Shown here: in pieces, positions 1-15,659 of the stretch
Layout: each line of letters begins with the position of its first letter
Numbering within the stretch: position 1 is the stretch's first letter
Assembly: GCA_964016885.1 (NCBI GenBank)
Contig: CAXHJY010001319.1
Location: forward strand, 1-54,394
Length of the DNA: 54,394 nt
From: Eledone cirrhosa
Taxonomy: Eukaryota
Direction of reading: 5' to 3'
Program-made: the position numbers and the translations under genes
The notes under the pieces: generated by a model
What the model saw: only the letters and a program-made list of their open reading frames with translations
Databases searched by the model: none
What the model was told of the DNA's origin: nothing

Positions 1-1385
<1,385 letters not shown>

Positions 1386-1399
1386 AATGGCGGTACTCA

Positions 1400-1787
1400 G
1401 TAACAGAGAAGACCCGCCTTGCCAGTATGCATCTCTAACAAAATACACCCCGTCCCGTCACCACCCCCACCCCATCCACACCACCCCGTTCTATGTAAAG
1501 TTATGTTGGTGCCGCGCCATCCAGGCCGAAACAAATGAGATCGTGTAGGTGTCACGACAAAAAAACATACAGTCCACGCTGTAATGTGGCCGTGTAGGCA
1601 ACACGGTAAAAGCCTCCCAGACCCACACTGTAAATGTGGTTGGTGTTAGAAAGGGCATCCAACTGTAGAAAACCTGCCAGAGAGTCCTATGCGAGCAAGA
1701 CAATCACTCTTGCCTCAAGTGGGACTACCCCCGTCCAAACCCATGCAAGCGTGGAACACGGACGTTAAACGTTGATGATGATGATGA
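1400..1787 (+). mobile_element. 3' terminus/UTR of an RTE-type LINE, with (GAT)n tail
   Basis: Matches copies at 5735-6290, 23571-24090 and 46004-46469; ends cccatgcaagcgtggaacacggacgttaaac+(gat)n. Confidence 0.75.
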
Positions 1788-1816
1788 TATATATATATAT
1801 AATATATATATAATAT

Positions 1817-1863
<47 letters not shown>

Positions 1864-1874
1864 TATATATATAT

Positions 1875-1943
<69 letters not shown>

Positions 1944-1944
1944 T

Positions 1945-3090
1945 CATCATCACCATTTTACGTCCATTCTTCCATGCTAGCATGGGTTAGACGGGTTGTC
2001 CTGTTGTGGGAAATGTCTGGTCGGCTGACCATGCCTTACTCATACAGGAACTGATTTTGGCTTGATTTCTACAGCTGGATGCCCTTCCTAACACCAACCT
2101 CATTTTGAGGGAGAAGCCTTTTGCAGCTAGCAGTTGCTGTAGTTCCCTGAACTTCTTCCATCCCGTTCTTACCCTAGTTATTGTACTTTCTGAACAGCCA
2201 CCTTCGCTGCTAATTCGGTCACCTAGGTAGCAGAAGCTATCTACTGTTTCTACAGCGCCCTCCCAGAGATTGGTGGTACTTGTTTCCTGTGGCTGTTTAC
2301 TGCTTGCTGTCCCAGCACAGTTGCTACATGTGAAGCCTACATTCTTAATTAAGTTTCATGAGATCCCGCTACATCTCTTGTGTACCCATTGTTTGCATTT
2401 GGGGCAGAGAATGGAGTTCCTACCTACACCTTTCCTACATACTGAGCAAGGCCATTTCTCTGAGGGGATCTGGGTTCTGTTTTCTAGTCTACTTACAAGG
2501 ACCTTAGTCTTTGTCGGGTTGAATTTGAGACCCTTTCTTTCTAGTCCCTGCTTCCAAGTTTGGAATTTCTTCTCTAGTTCTACCATAGATTCAGCTATGA
2601 GTGCGAGGTCATCAGCATACAGGAGTTCCCATGGGCATCCGGTCTTAAACTCCTCCGTTATTGCCTGCAGAAGTATGATGAACAGGAGAGGGCTAAGAAC
2701 AGAGCCCTGATGGACACCTACCTGTACGCTAAATTCCTCATTATACTCATTGCTAATCCTCACTTTGCTGACTGCTCCCCTATACATGGCTTGTACAGCT
2801 TTCACAAGCCATTCATCTACTCCTAGTTTTCTAAGAGCCCACCAGATTATAGCATGGGGGACTCTGTCGAAGGCTTTTTCCAGATCGACAAATGCCAGGT
2901 AGAGCGGCTTACTTTTAGCTAGGTACTTTTCCTGAAACTGCTTCACAAGGAAGAGGACATTAGTGGTGCCTTTTCTTGACACAAACCCAAATTGCATCTT
3001 ATCTAGTTTCACCTGGTCCCTAAGCAACTGTGCTATAACTCTTTCTGTTACTTTCATGACCTGGTCCATCAGCTTTATACCTCTATAGTT
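1945..3090 (-). mobile_element. RTE-type LINE fragment (RT domain plus 3' tail)
   Basis: ORF 2356-3201 has NYRGIKL, QFGF, FVDLEKAFDRV, GVHQGSVLSPLLF and LYADDL, followed by a Cys-rich segment. Confidence 0.92.
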
Positions 3091-3102
3091 TATATATATA
3101 AT

Positions 3103-3138
<36 letters not shown>

Positions 3139-3167
3139 GTTATGTAATGAACAACATAACGTAATTA

Positions 3168-3228
3168 TTTCATTTACCAGTTGTTTCTTGAAAGCAAACA
3201 AATTTTGCTTTCAATCATCAGAATGAAA
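3168..3228 (-). ncRNA. Minimal type I hammerhead ribozyme
   Basis: Minus strand reads TTTCATT-CTGATGA-TTGAAAGCAAA(ATTTG)TTTGCTTTCAA-GAAA-CAACTGG-TA-AATGAAA: 7-bp stem I, perfect 11-bp stem II, intact core. Confidence 0.8.
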
Positions 3229-3993
3229 AAATCCTGGTGTATTTATTGACATTGGATTTTAAAAACAAAAATATAATCTATATGAAAGTGAGGCTGGAAA
3301 AGGAAGAAGGAAAGGAAAAATAAACACACATGCACACACACACACACACCCACACACACATATACATACACACACATATATACATACACATATATATACA
3401 TACATACACGTACAAATACACATACATATATATCCACATATCCATACATACACTTACACACACACACACATGTATATATATATATATATATATACACATA
3501 CACACACATATCATACATGTATACACACGTACATACACACATATATACACGCATACATACACACACACAAATACAGATATATGTACACACACCTACATAC
3601 GCACACAATTATAAGAAAAAATATAATAAAAATAAAAAAAACAATAGATGACCATAAAGGCCGTCACATAAGAATAAAAATAATTGTAAAAATTATTATA
3701 AAGTTGACAGCGATACAAGAAACAAATAAATGAACAAACACACGTGGTAAGCAATACACACAATTACACATACATATAAATAAATACACACACACACACA
3801 CACATACATATACACATACATATACATACACATACATATATATATATATATATATACATACATATACACACACACATACATATAAATACATACACACACA
3901 TGTATGTGTGTAAAACTCATTCTTAGTTGTATTCATTGAACCTTGTTTAACTCTTAAATATATATATATATATACATACACATATATATATAC

Positions 3994-4026
<33 letters not shown>

Positions 4027-4289
4027 AAAAGGTGAAAGGGGTAAAAAATAGTTGGGAATACGACAAATAATAAATAAATAAATAGATAAGGGTATAAATG
4101 TTTATAGCTGATTTAGAGCACTCAAGTTGCTGGAGCAAATAATCAATGAAAATAAACATTAAATCACTCTGTATGTAATTATGCACATACATACATATAT
4201 ATATACACACACACATACGCACAACCATACAAATACACACATATATACATATACATATATAATATATATAATATATATATAATATATAT

Positions 4290-4407
4290 GATATATTAAC
4301 AAATGGAAACTATATTTATAAAACCATATTTATTTCATTATACATATTTCATAGTATAATGAAATAAATATGGTTTTATAAATATAGTTTCCATTTGTTA
4401 ATATATC
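4290..4407. repeat. Perfect 54-bp-arm inverted repeat with 10-nt loop
   Basis: 4290-4343 is the exact reverse complement of 4354-4407. Confidence 0.92.
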
Positions 4408-4560
4408 GTATTTTTACTCCAATAATTTGTTGAGTGCTTTATATCAGTTATAAAAATATTTGCTTGTTGTATCCCAATAAATTAAATATAACTTCTACAT
4501 ATATAATATATATATATATATATATAATATATATATATATATAATATATATAATATATAT

Positions 4561-4858
4561 TGTTATAATTGGGGAGGGTCATATTTGTGTAATAATATTG
4601 CCAGAATTAATAACAGAACACACTCACTGTTTGGTTGGTTTTCGCTTTTCGCTTGTGTCTTTTATATCGGTAATCTAATTTATTCGGTCCTCAATGTTGC
4701 CATTGACTGACCAACGGTCAAAAATAATACAGATACAATATAGACACCAACACATATATACAGTTTATCAAAGTTCTTTTGTTGCACATCTGCAACATTG
4801 TCAGTGGTGCTATTGATTCCTCCCGTTGCATTGTATTTTCTACGCCATCCCATAATAT
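4561..4858. mobile_element. Unclassified interspersed repeat, possibly a solo LTR
   Basis: Starts TGTTATAATTGGG and ends CCCATAATA; a related copy starts at about 14693. Confidence 0.4.
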
Positions 4859-4958
4859 ATATAATATATATATATATAATATATATAATATATATATATA
4901 TAATATATTACATATATATAATATATAATATATATATATATATATATAATATATATAT

Positions 4959-5297
4959 GGAGGCACATGACTTAGTGGTTAGAGCATTGGGCTTGCAATC
5001 GAAAGATTGTGAGTTCAATTCTCAGAACGGGTGATGTGTTGTTTCCTTGAGCAAGACACTTTATTTCACATTGCTCCAGTTTACTCAGCTGTAGAAATGA
5101 GATGATAGGGACCCCAGTCCCTATCATTCTACTGTAAAGTGGTCGTGTAGGTGCCACGGAAAGAAAAGCATCCAGCACTCACTGTAAATGAGGTTGGTGT
5201 TAGGAAGGGCATCCAGCTGTAGAAATCAAGCCATAATCAGTTCCCGTCCCACCCTTGCAAGCAGGGAAAAGTGGACATAAAATGATGATGATGATGA
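4959..5297 (+). mobile_element. tRNA-derived SINE with RTE-like 3' tail
   Basis: A-box-like t(g)acttagtgg and B-box-like gagttcaattc; near-identical copies at 27516 and 36294; (GAT)n tail. Confidence 0.88.
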
Positions 5298-5734
5298 TAT
5301 ATATATAATATATATAATATATATATATATGAATGAAAACTCTGATATAACACCTGCAACCCTGATGGTATCCAATAATGTTGATTTGTTCTTCTTTTTG
5401 GTAAATATCATCTTGGTTAAGAGAGTGGGACTGGCTTTGTGCAGTGCCTTTGCTCACTATAAAAGCTTCACGGCACAGGCATTGCTTTATATCTGGAGAT
5501 CTCTCTGCACTTGTCGTCACATGTTGCCATGAGCCCAGCACTATGTGTCAATAATTGTCACAAGTGTAGTGTTTGTACCAGAGTTTTCAAGTCGTTGGCT
5601 GGACTAAAAAGTCACACTCGTTCAGCGCATCGGTAGGGGTTCTCCTACATGGATATAAAGTAGTGGCCGTACTCGAAAACGAGTTGGCAGCCACCATATA
5701 TGTATGTATTGTATTGTATGAGAAGACTACGTAT

Positions 5735-6290
5735 GAGAAGACAGTTGTATAAAAAAGTGCAGGGCGATAAAAATAGACGGTAGCCACGGAGTAGGCAGAC
5801 CTGGAACGACTTGATAAATTCCGACCTCACACACTTACACCTCTCCCAGACAATGTCACTGGACCGAGAACTTTGGCGCTACACAGTAATACAGAAGACC
5901 CGCCTAGCCTAAGTACAAAGCGAAACCTACAGTCAGTAGGCACCTCTAACAAAAATACACCCCCGCCCCACTACCCCCACCCCATCCACACCACCCCTTT
6001 CGATGCAAAGTTATGTTGGTACCACAACATCCAGTCCGAAACAAATGCGGTCGTGTAGGTGTCACGACAAAAAAAACACACAGTCCACGCTGTAATGTGG
6101 CCGTGTAGGTAACACGGTAAATACCTCCCAGTCCACACTGTAAACGTGGTTGGTGTTAGGAAGGGCATCCAGCCGTAGAAAACCCGCCAGACAGTCCTAT
6201 AAGAGCGAGACGACCAATCTTGCCTCAAGTGGGAAAATTCCCGTCCAAATCCATGCAAGCGTGGAAGATGGACATTAAACGATGATTATA
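5735..6290 (+). mobile_element. 3' end of an RTE-type LINE (C-terminal coding remnant plus UTR)
   Basis: Translates KKCRAIKIDGSHGVGRP...LHLSQTMSLD, similar to ORF 26378-26587. Confidence 0.75.
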
Positions 6291-6369
6291 TATATAGAAG
6301 TGTCTTTTACATGTCTAGAACAGTTTTAATTTGTATAAAATCATCAGGAATAAGTGCATAGACATATAG

Positions 6370-6746
<377 letters not shown>

Positions 6747-7717
6747 TATATATATATAAATCCCAACCGCGCTATTAAGCAGTTTGCAGACCGCTACCTC
6801 GCCACGCACCCCCCTCTCCATTGCTCCCCCCTCTCTCTCTATATACACACACATATACACGTGTGTGTATGTGTACCTATACACCTTTATGAAAATATGT
6901 GACCTAGGGGTTAACATTTTGGGCCTACAATCATAAGGTTGTGGGTTCAACTTATTGACTTAGTGGCGAATTGTGTCCTTGAACAAGAGACTTTATTTCA
7001 CATTGCTCCTTCTGCCAGTGTTGTAACTGGCAGCTAGTATCTGCAATGGAATGACCAATGAAGAAAATGTTTTCTTGGTACAATTTGATAATTTGTTCCT
7101 TTCTTCTTTTTCTTTTTAAACATATCTCTCTCTCTCTCTCTATCATCATCATTTTACATCCGCTCTTCCCTGCTTGCAAGGGTGGGACATATATATATAT
7201 ATATATATTAATATATGATATTCTTGTGTATTTGTCTGTCACAAGAGATGACTGTGGAAGGAGGGGATGGCAGTGTCAAATATTAGCTACACACATTGGC
7301 TGTTATGATTGTGTTTGTGTAAATTATATTTATATATGATATTTGTGTGTGTTTATTTAGAAAGATACATAGACACTAGAATTACAAACACACACGAATC
7401 TACACATATATATATATATAAATACACACTTAGAAAAAATAATTATAACTATAGAAGTCAAGCATTCTAAGGTTTGTCACAGCTGTGTGTGTGTGTCTGT
7501 GTAGTAATTTGGCTACACACATTGACTGTATTTGTATCACTTGTGTGAGTGAACGCAAAGGAACCAACAAACAAACAAACATCTCTTTTTTATATTATGT
7601 ATACATTATTACAATTAGCCGTCATTTTTAACAGCACGGGAGCCTGCTAGTATATTTATATTCATTATAAATTTATTTGTATATATCTATGTGTGTCTGT
7701 GTGTATATATATATATA

Positions 7718-8045
7718 TGAAGGCGCATGGTTTAGTGGTTAGAGCGTTGAGCTTGCAATTGAGAGATTGTGAGTTTGATTCTCGGACCAGGTGATGCGTT
7801 GTGTCCTTGAGCAAGATACTTTATTTCACATTGTTTCAGTTCACTCAGCTGTAGAAATGAGTTGTGACATCACTGGTGCCAAGCTGTATCGGCCATTGAC
7901 TTTCCCCTGGACAACATCGGTGGCATGGAAAGGGGAGACTGATATGCATGGGTGACTGCTGGCCTTCCACATACAACCTTATTCAGGCTTGTGTCTCAGC
8001 AGAAATCTTTCTAGGTGCAAAACCATGGTCATTAGTGACCGGTGA
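7718..8045 (+). mobile_element. tRNA-derived SINE, variant 3' half
   Basis: Same head and body as the 4959 family up to gctgtagaaatgag, then a different 3' region. Confidence 0.8.
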
Positions 8046-8154
8046 TGGCCATTATATGTGTGTGCGTATATATATATATATATATATATACAAGGTGTCC
8101 CCAAAAAATGTACCACTATTACTGCTCTAAAGTGTGGACTGCATGTTTTTTATC

Positions 8155-8189
<35 letters not shown>

Positions 8190-8288
8190 CAGGGTGTCCC
8201 CCCAAAATATATACACTTCAACGCCATTCTAATAAATATTGCTTGTACATGTAATCAAAGTGTGTATATATTTTTTGGGGACACTCTG
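8190..8288. mobile_element. Tc1/mariner-type MITE (about 99 bp)
   Basis: TIRs cagggtgtcccccaaaatatatacactt / aagtgtgtatatattttttggggacactctg, followed by TA; an orphan TIR copy lies at 8091-8115. Confidence 0.7.
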
Positions 8289-8603
8289 TAAATATATATA
8301 TATATATATATTTTGCAAGCCCACCACCTTAGATGAATACTTTAACACTGGAAGGATGATCCATAAAGTTGAACTTGGCAAGAAGATGCAGACTCTAAGA
8401 ACTCTCAGCTTTGTTTCTTGTCTTTGTCACAAGCTTTTCATTTTGTTACATAGAAAGAGGGCTTTTGATTTCTTTTCTATTATCACCATCACTTTAGATT
8501 CTAACTCTAAGATATGTAAAGAGATCCACTTATTGCTGTTCTTTTCACATACACAATCCCCTTTTTGTCACTGTAGTTACCTTTGTCTTGGTTACATTCA
8601 TCT

Positions 8604-8799
8604 TTAATCCGGCTGAATCCGGCCAGAATTCTCTCACCTTTTTCTGTTCAAACCGGCTGTAACCGGCTGCTCAACTGATGTTAAAGTGTCGTTCCCAAAA
8701 TAAATAATATCAAAATTTCATAGATTCGATATTATGTGAGATAAAGCCTTTACCATGAAAATACAATAGTAAATATAGAGTAATGTAAATGTTAAAGGG
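8604..8799. mobile_element. piggyBac-like MITE, left-truncated
   Basis: Homologous to 17403-17623; ends aaatgttaaaggg|ttaa. Confidence 0.65.
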
Positions 8800-10199
8800 T
8801 TAAACTATAGATGATATTTCTTTTTATTCAGTGCACCAACATAGTTTCTCAAACCAGATCTTAATTTAAATACATAGCTGCATCGATATACTTTTCTAAA
8901 AGTTGAATGAAATGAACAGTTGTTATCAGATCTAGACATCTTTTCTGTAAATATATGAATACATGGAAAGCCTTGTCTCGCGCATTACTCTAGAATAAAA
9001 GAACCAAGGCTTTTTCTTTTATACTATTTGCCTCTGAGCTGTTTAGGTATATGGTTTTTTAATGTCACTATCCAAAATTCTTTACAGAGCAACCACTAGT
9101 GCAAGTAAATTTTGCATGATTAACTTCTACTACTGACATTCTGGATACCCATTTAGTGTCACACATTTTCTTTATAGTCGGTGCAAAAGATCTGATACTA
9201 AATAAACTAGGAGTAAAAGAATATAAACACTTCCAAACAACTTGGTTGGAAGATTCAAACTTATACCAAATAAAATAAATTTAAGTTATATGCCCAACAG
9301 TGTATGTATAAAGAATGCATTTGGAGCAACTTTCCTGACTTTTGGAAACCAGATATTTCAACCAATTTAGTTCTTGTTCCACCATGAGATTGACCATAAC
9401 ACAAGTTATTGACAGTCCTACATTTTTGATTACTATAAGAAGAATGTTACTGAATTCTATAAAGACCAGATATTTCAACCAACATGGTGAGATTGACCAT
9501 AACACATAAGTTATTCAGAGTCCTAAGTTTTTTAATGTTGTAAGAAGAATATTACTGAATTATATAAAGAATGTTATTAAATCATATGATTCATTTCAAT
9601 GTATTACTGTTTATTGTTACATATCACAAGGGCAAAGATAATTGGTCAATTCTGCTGATATCTGGGATAGAATCAACAATTATTGCAAAGTACTTATATA
9701 CCTTGATTACAGTTATCTTTGATAGAACCTCAGTTGATAAGGTCTATATTAGACTATTTTGTATGTCACGACTGAGATAGACTATATTTCAATCACTCAC
9801 TATTAAATATTACTCTAACAATGTATCAATTCTATTGGCAAACACCTTAATTAGTTCTAAACATTGTCTTTGTTTTTTCTACTTGTGGAACCTAAACCTT
9901 GACACAATAACTACAGAATAGTAATTCTTTCTTCTCTGAATAAAGAACTACATCTAGAATATGGGTTAGAATCATTTTGTTTTTCTCTGTCTCTTTTCTT
10001 TCTCCTGAAATAAGGCCAGCCAAGATAGTTCAGTTGTTGAAAAACCTGAAATTTGGTGAGAAAAGGATTTCTCTGCTTTTTATATATATATATGTGTATG
10101 TGTGTGTGTGTGTGTGTGTGTGAATTTATGACAGCCTCCCTGGTAAGTAACCTACTCTGGACCTACCTCTCCTGTCCACACTGTATAGTGGGTGTGTTG

Positions 10200-12665
10200 G
10201 TAACACAACAAAAAACGGCCAGTCTTCACTAAAAACTCATGTTATTCTAGCTATTTTGCTCTTGCATTGATCTCCTCCACTGCTAATTAGATTATCTAGG
10301 TAGCAAAATCTATCAACCACTTCTATGAATCCTTGTGATTGAAAAAGGTTTATATCACTGCCGCTCTTATTATCCATTACCCTTATTCACATATTACATA
10401 CAAAGTCTTCCTTTCCTGTAAGTCTGCCTGCTATCCCACTACATCTTGTGTACCCAAGATTGACATTGTGTATATCGTATAGAGTTTATACCTACTTGTT
10501 TTTTTGTCTATTGAACAAGGCTAATTCCCTGATTTGATCCAGATCCTTTCTTTTTCTCTACTTAGTTTTGTCTAAGTTTATTCTCAGCCCTGTTGATTAT
10601 AAATTCTGTTTCCACAGTCGGAACATTTTCTCTAGTTCTGTGTATTCAACTATATGAACCAGACCGTCTGCATAAAGCAGTTCCCACAAACAGCCAGTCT
10701 TAAGCTCCTCTGTTATGGCCTGGAGAACTATAATGAACAGAAGTCGGCTAAGAACCAATCTCTGATGAACTGTTTGTACTTTGAATTCCTCATTAAACTC
10801 ACTTCCTACTCTTATTTTACTGACAGCTCCTCTGCACTGCTCTCACCAGCCATTCTTTTACACCTAATTTCCTTAAGGTTGAGGTACTCTGTCAAAGGCC
10901 TTTTCTAGATCAGTAGAAGCTAAATATAGCAGCTTAGTTTTGGCTTGAAACTTCTCATGCATTTCTCTCACTAAGAAGATGGCATCTGTAGTACTTCTCC
11001 CAGGCATAAAACCAAACTGCATCTCTTCTAATTTGACTCTTTCCGTAATTAACTATGCTAGCACTCTTTCTGTCACTTTGATAACTTGGTCCATTAGTTT
11101 TATTCCCCTGTAGTTGCTCCTTTCTAGAACATTAGCTTTTTCCCTTGTAGCAATTTACAATTGTACTGCTGCACCAGTCATAGGGTGTGATTCTATCCTG
11201 TATTACCTGATTGAATCTGTGGATTACTAAGTTTGACACCTACTTCTCCTGATGCATTTAGCATCTGTGATTATCTCTGACGGTCCCGTGGTTTTACCAT
11301 TCTTCATCTCAATAATTGCTTCTTTGACCCTATAACTGTTGACTTCAATAACTGGTTTTTCTGTTAAGTCAGCTGGGGGGTAATCTCTTTTCCTCCAATT
11401 CATTCACCACATTCATCAGCCTCTCATAGTAACATTTCAAGACCTCTTTCTTTTGAGCATCAGTGGTGCTTAGTGCACTTTTCCCCACCAACATCCTAAT
11501 TCGCACTGATACACTGCCTTGCAATACAGAGCACTTCACATAGTAAGCCATTGGTAAACCTTCTTTCAGCCTCTTTCCATGCTTTGTGTACCTGTCATCT
11601 AGCTACTCTCTTAGCTACCTGGTACTGGTTTCTGCTACCCCCATTTTTCCAGTTTTTCCTCACCTATCTCTTAGCCTTTATGGCTCTAGCCACTGTGCTG
11701 TCCCCCACCACCAGGTCACCCCCTGTCTGGTTGCTGCTTTGCTCCAGCCGCATGTCTCAATAGTTCACAGTAGGTTGTAATGGAACAATTTTCAATTGTC
11801 CTGTATGTCATAAGTACCTAACTCATCTCCCCTCTCATCACATGCACACTTTTAGGCCTTTCTAAACTTATATTTAACAGAAAGCGTCTTTAACTTCCAT
11901 ACTCTCCACCTCCATATTTTCCTGTGTATCTTGTTCCATCTTGTGTTTATTCTGATGTCACTAATAACTAACTTGTGCTCTAACATTCGTTACCGAGCAA
12001 GGTTATTAACATTTATTACGATCTTTGTATTGTTTCTTACGAGTCAGAAATCAATCTGGCTTGTGTGTTCGCCTGATTGATATTTGATCAGATGGATGAC
12101 TTATTTCCTGAGGTTAGTGCTGCAAATGGTTAATTCATTTACATTACAGAATCCCAGGAGCTTCACTCCCTCTTCATTTCTTAGCCATAACCATATCCAC
12201 CCTGTACTCCAGTGAATCCATCCTACTGCTGCCTCATATGTCCATAGAAGTCGCTTGCCAAGATGATGAGGTCTCTGTCATCAGTAAATGAGGTTGTCTA
12301 TAAAAGTTCCTCATAGAACCGGACCTTTTTTTCTTTATTCAGTCCAGCTTGTGCAGCATAAGTAGATGTGATTGTCACCATTCTGTTTCCTACAACTATT
12401 CTCAGCTTGCTAATTCTGTCACTTACTTTAATTACCTCTATCACCTTATCTACCTATTTCTCAGCTAGTAGAATGCCTATACCACCTACTCCATCATCAT
12501 TCCTACTCAGAAAAGTTTGTATCTCTGTTGTTTACCTGTGTGTAGTCTCATTGAGACACCCCTTCATCCCACCTCCTGTACACAGCATACATCCACTCAT
12601 CTCTTTTCCAGCAACTCCACAATTTCTCCTAATCTACCTTTCAGAGTGCCCACATTAAGAGTAAT
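10200..12665 (-). mobile_element. Degenerate RTE-type LINE (APE endonuclease + RT)
   Basis: Minus-strand remnants of the endonuclease region, WWG, NYRGIKL, QFGFMPG and YADGL, with many frameshifts; parallels 44640-46595. Confidence 0.85.
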
Positions 12666-12992
12666 TATTTCCTTGAGTAACACTTCTTTGTACCTAGAAG
12701 GCAGAAGGTTGTGCACAGCACTTACATGACTAGAATTAGTGCTCTGTACACAATTAGTGTGCATCTTGTGTTGTACTTTCCATAATTTTAGCAGAGTGTT
12801 TCTAACTGGATTCTCTTCCTATAAGTATGTATATCATTGTTGTTTTTACATCTGCTTTTCCAAGCTTGCATATGTTGAATGGGTCCTTTCCAGCACAGCA
12901 TCTCACCACCTGTGCCCAGGTCTTCCTTTGTCTTCCGATACTGCAGCTTCCTTGCTTGCAGCAATCATTGTCCATGAACATTGCATGTCATA

Positions 12993-13056
<64 letters not shown>

Positions 13057-13166
13057 GGTAGAATCCCAAAAGTGATTCAGAGGTGGCCACATTTATAGAA
13101 GATACTCAAAGCATTGGTAGAGTATAAGCATCGGTAGAGTATAAGCATCTTTATTTTATATAGAAA

Positions 13167-14579
13167 CTAGCTGACATATCCAGCTTTGCCCGGGTAAACA
13201 GTTAAGAGAAAATGACTGTATTGGATGTTTGTCTGGTTTACAGTATGAGGCATGACCATGGTGTGTGAGTAACAAAATAAAAACAGAAAAAAATATTCCA
13301 GATACATCAGATTTTTTGTTTTACTGTTCATACATAGTATATGAAGATTTCTAGGTGTTTCCACTCATGAACAACCTACATATAACTGTCCATGGGTAAA
13401 AAGCAATTCTCTTGTATTCAATTCTACAACTTTGAAACTCTGAGCCTGAGCTTTGTTTATGGTCATAGCAAAACTGGCTCTAGCAGGGAACTGAAGTTTT
13501 GAGAATTTGAATGATTGCTCGGTAGAAGGGATAAGAGGAATCTTGGGAATAAATCTATTTTCTCCTTGATGACTGCCTCCAAGAATAATGACCTCTAGGA
13601 GATGGTTTATCATCTGCTTAACTGTTAAGTGTATGCCTTTGCATAGATGTGGCTGGTCCAGGTTTCTCAAAAGGATGATGGAAGTTCGAATCTTTTATCA
13701 TCATCATCATTTTACGTCTGCTTTTCCCTGCTTGCAAGGGTGGGACGGGTCTTATTCAGCACAGCATCTCTCCACTTGTCACGGTCCTTCGTCATCTCCA
13801 CCGTGAGCTTCAGTGATCTTAGGTCTGTTCTCACCACCTCCGCCCATGTTTTTCAAGGTCTACCTCTGCCATGTCTTCCTTCAACTGGCATTTCCTGGCA
13901 CTTCTTCACCTATCGGTCATCCTCCATGCGCATCACATGTCCATACTAATGCAGTCTTCTCTCTCGCACACTACATTCTATCCCTCTCAGACACAGTTTC
14001 TCTCTCAACACATCCATGCTGGGTCGTTTACGCACATTTACACTGCACATCCAACGGAGCATGCTTGCCTCAATTCTTTCCAGCCGTCGCATTTCCTCTG
14101 CAGTTGCTGCCCATGTCTCACTACCATGCAGCATCGCGCTTCTCACACAGGCATCATATAACCGGCCTTTCGTACACAGGGAGAAACCCTTCTTTGTCAA
14201 CAGAGGATGCAGCTCCCTAAACTTCTTCCAATCCATCCTTATTCTAGATACTATGGCCTTTATATTATGTAAATATTGATATAGATAATTTTGTGTGTAA
14301 ACCAGCGTTCGAATTGGAGACCCTGGCCATGAAACACGATCATCACCAATAAGAAACATGCTGAGAGAATCCTTTATGGTTGTCTCCCAAACTGCTAGAA
14401 ATAGCAGTCATGTTGGTTAGCATACCCAGGATGTTATAAAATTAGTATCAATAAACCTCCCTGGGTATATCCTTATTCCATTGCTGTATTTACTTTTCAA
14501 TTGCCACTTTTCGTTTTTGCGTGATACATGAAGGAACCAACCAATAACCAACAAACATCTCTTTTATATTATGTATAGA
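13167..14579 (-). mobile_element. Internally deleted Helitron with PIF1-helicase remnant
   Basis: ORF 13365-13670 has FIPKIPL..QFP...FAMTINKAQAQS...FTHGQLYVGCS. The 3' end is an imperfect hairpin + CTAG|T at 13167; the 5' end is A|TCTATACATAATATAAAAG at 14579. Confidence 0.8.
13697..14260 (-). mobile_element. RTE-type LINE 3' fragment nested in the Helitron
   Basis: KGRLYDACVRSAMLHGSETW; near-identical to 41020-41580. Confidence 0.9.
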
Positions 14580-15111
14580 TGACTTCTCCAGGCTTAGAAC
14601 TGTTTCATTCGAATGAAAGGAATTCTAGTCATATAGAAGTCATTTTTGTATAAAATAAACATATATATATGTATAGGTGTGTGTGTGTGTATTGTTATAC
14701 TTGGGGAGGGCCATATTGTTATAATATTGCCAGAAATAATAATAAAACACACTCACTGTTTGGTTTAGATTGGTTTTCACTTCTGAATTTTTTTATACCA
14801 CCATAGTTAATTTATCTGGCAATCAATGTTTATCACTGATTGACCAACGGTTAAAATACAGATATAAATATATATAGTCTATATATATAACCTGTTGAGT
14901 GAGTTTTGAATTATGAATATCGAGTTAATGGCTTCAACACACATTTTTTTTTTACTATGCCAACATCATTTCATCATTTCCGTTTAGCGTCAATTTTTCC
15001 ACGATGGGTCGTCCACGTCGAGAGGCAAGTCTGGCCAGAGTTGGCCATTTGTCTTACCTTGCTCCAGCAAGGACAGAAAATTTAGCTGGGTATTTTACAG
15101 CCGGATGTGTA

Positions 15112-15156
<45 letters not shown>

Positions 15157-15659
15157 CTCTCCCTCACAATCCAAATATATACCTCACAATACTATGATAA
15201 ATCTGTCAAACGTTCACAAATTGAAATTTATGAAGTATCTAGAGCCCCTCACCACACAGGCTGTGCATATGCAGTGGCTGCAAATTTACACATCTACCTT
15301 GAATGAGACATACAATTCATACAAACAACACCAATTAAACAAAAAGCACATATCTTACAATAACATTACCACCAACAAATACTAAAACACCCACATGCAT
15401 AACGAGGAATCCTAAGATCTGCTGGTATTCACAACACAAGAGATTATGTCTGCAGCAAAATTGTCTCTTCATTCATCTTACAGAGACTCCACACTCTAAT
15501 AGAAATGGGACTCCAAGCCAAAACCAAACCCACAGTAAAATCATTCCCTGCTGTAGTAGTGCTGATGTAGAATTTTCCTGAAACTCAGAAAGCCTGCAGG
15601 CCTGCATTTGGTACAAAAGCACAACCAATTGTCGCACACATATTGGAAATCATAACTCC

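Noticed and set aside
4959-5035. tRNA gene (and similar heads at 7718, 27516, 35183, 36294)
   Set aside because: SINE heads running into shared body and tail; no complete cloverleaf or terminator.
5587-5700. GC-richer hairpin-forming stretch, possible HDV-like ribozyme or LINE 5' UTR
   Set aside because: Could not assign the nested pseudoknot by eye.
6300-6360. Minus-strand CTGATGA hammerhead candidate
   Set aside because: GAAA reads AAAA and stems I and II do not pair; at most a dead remnant.
9345-9570. Diverged ~118-bp direct duplication
   Set aside because: Real but with no evident function; ordinary local duplication.
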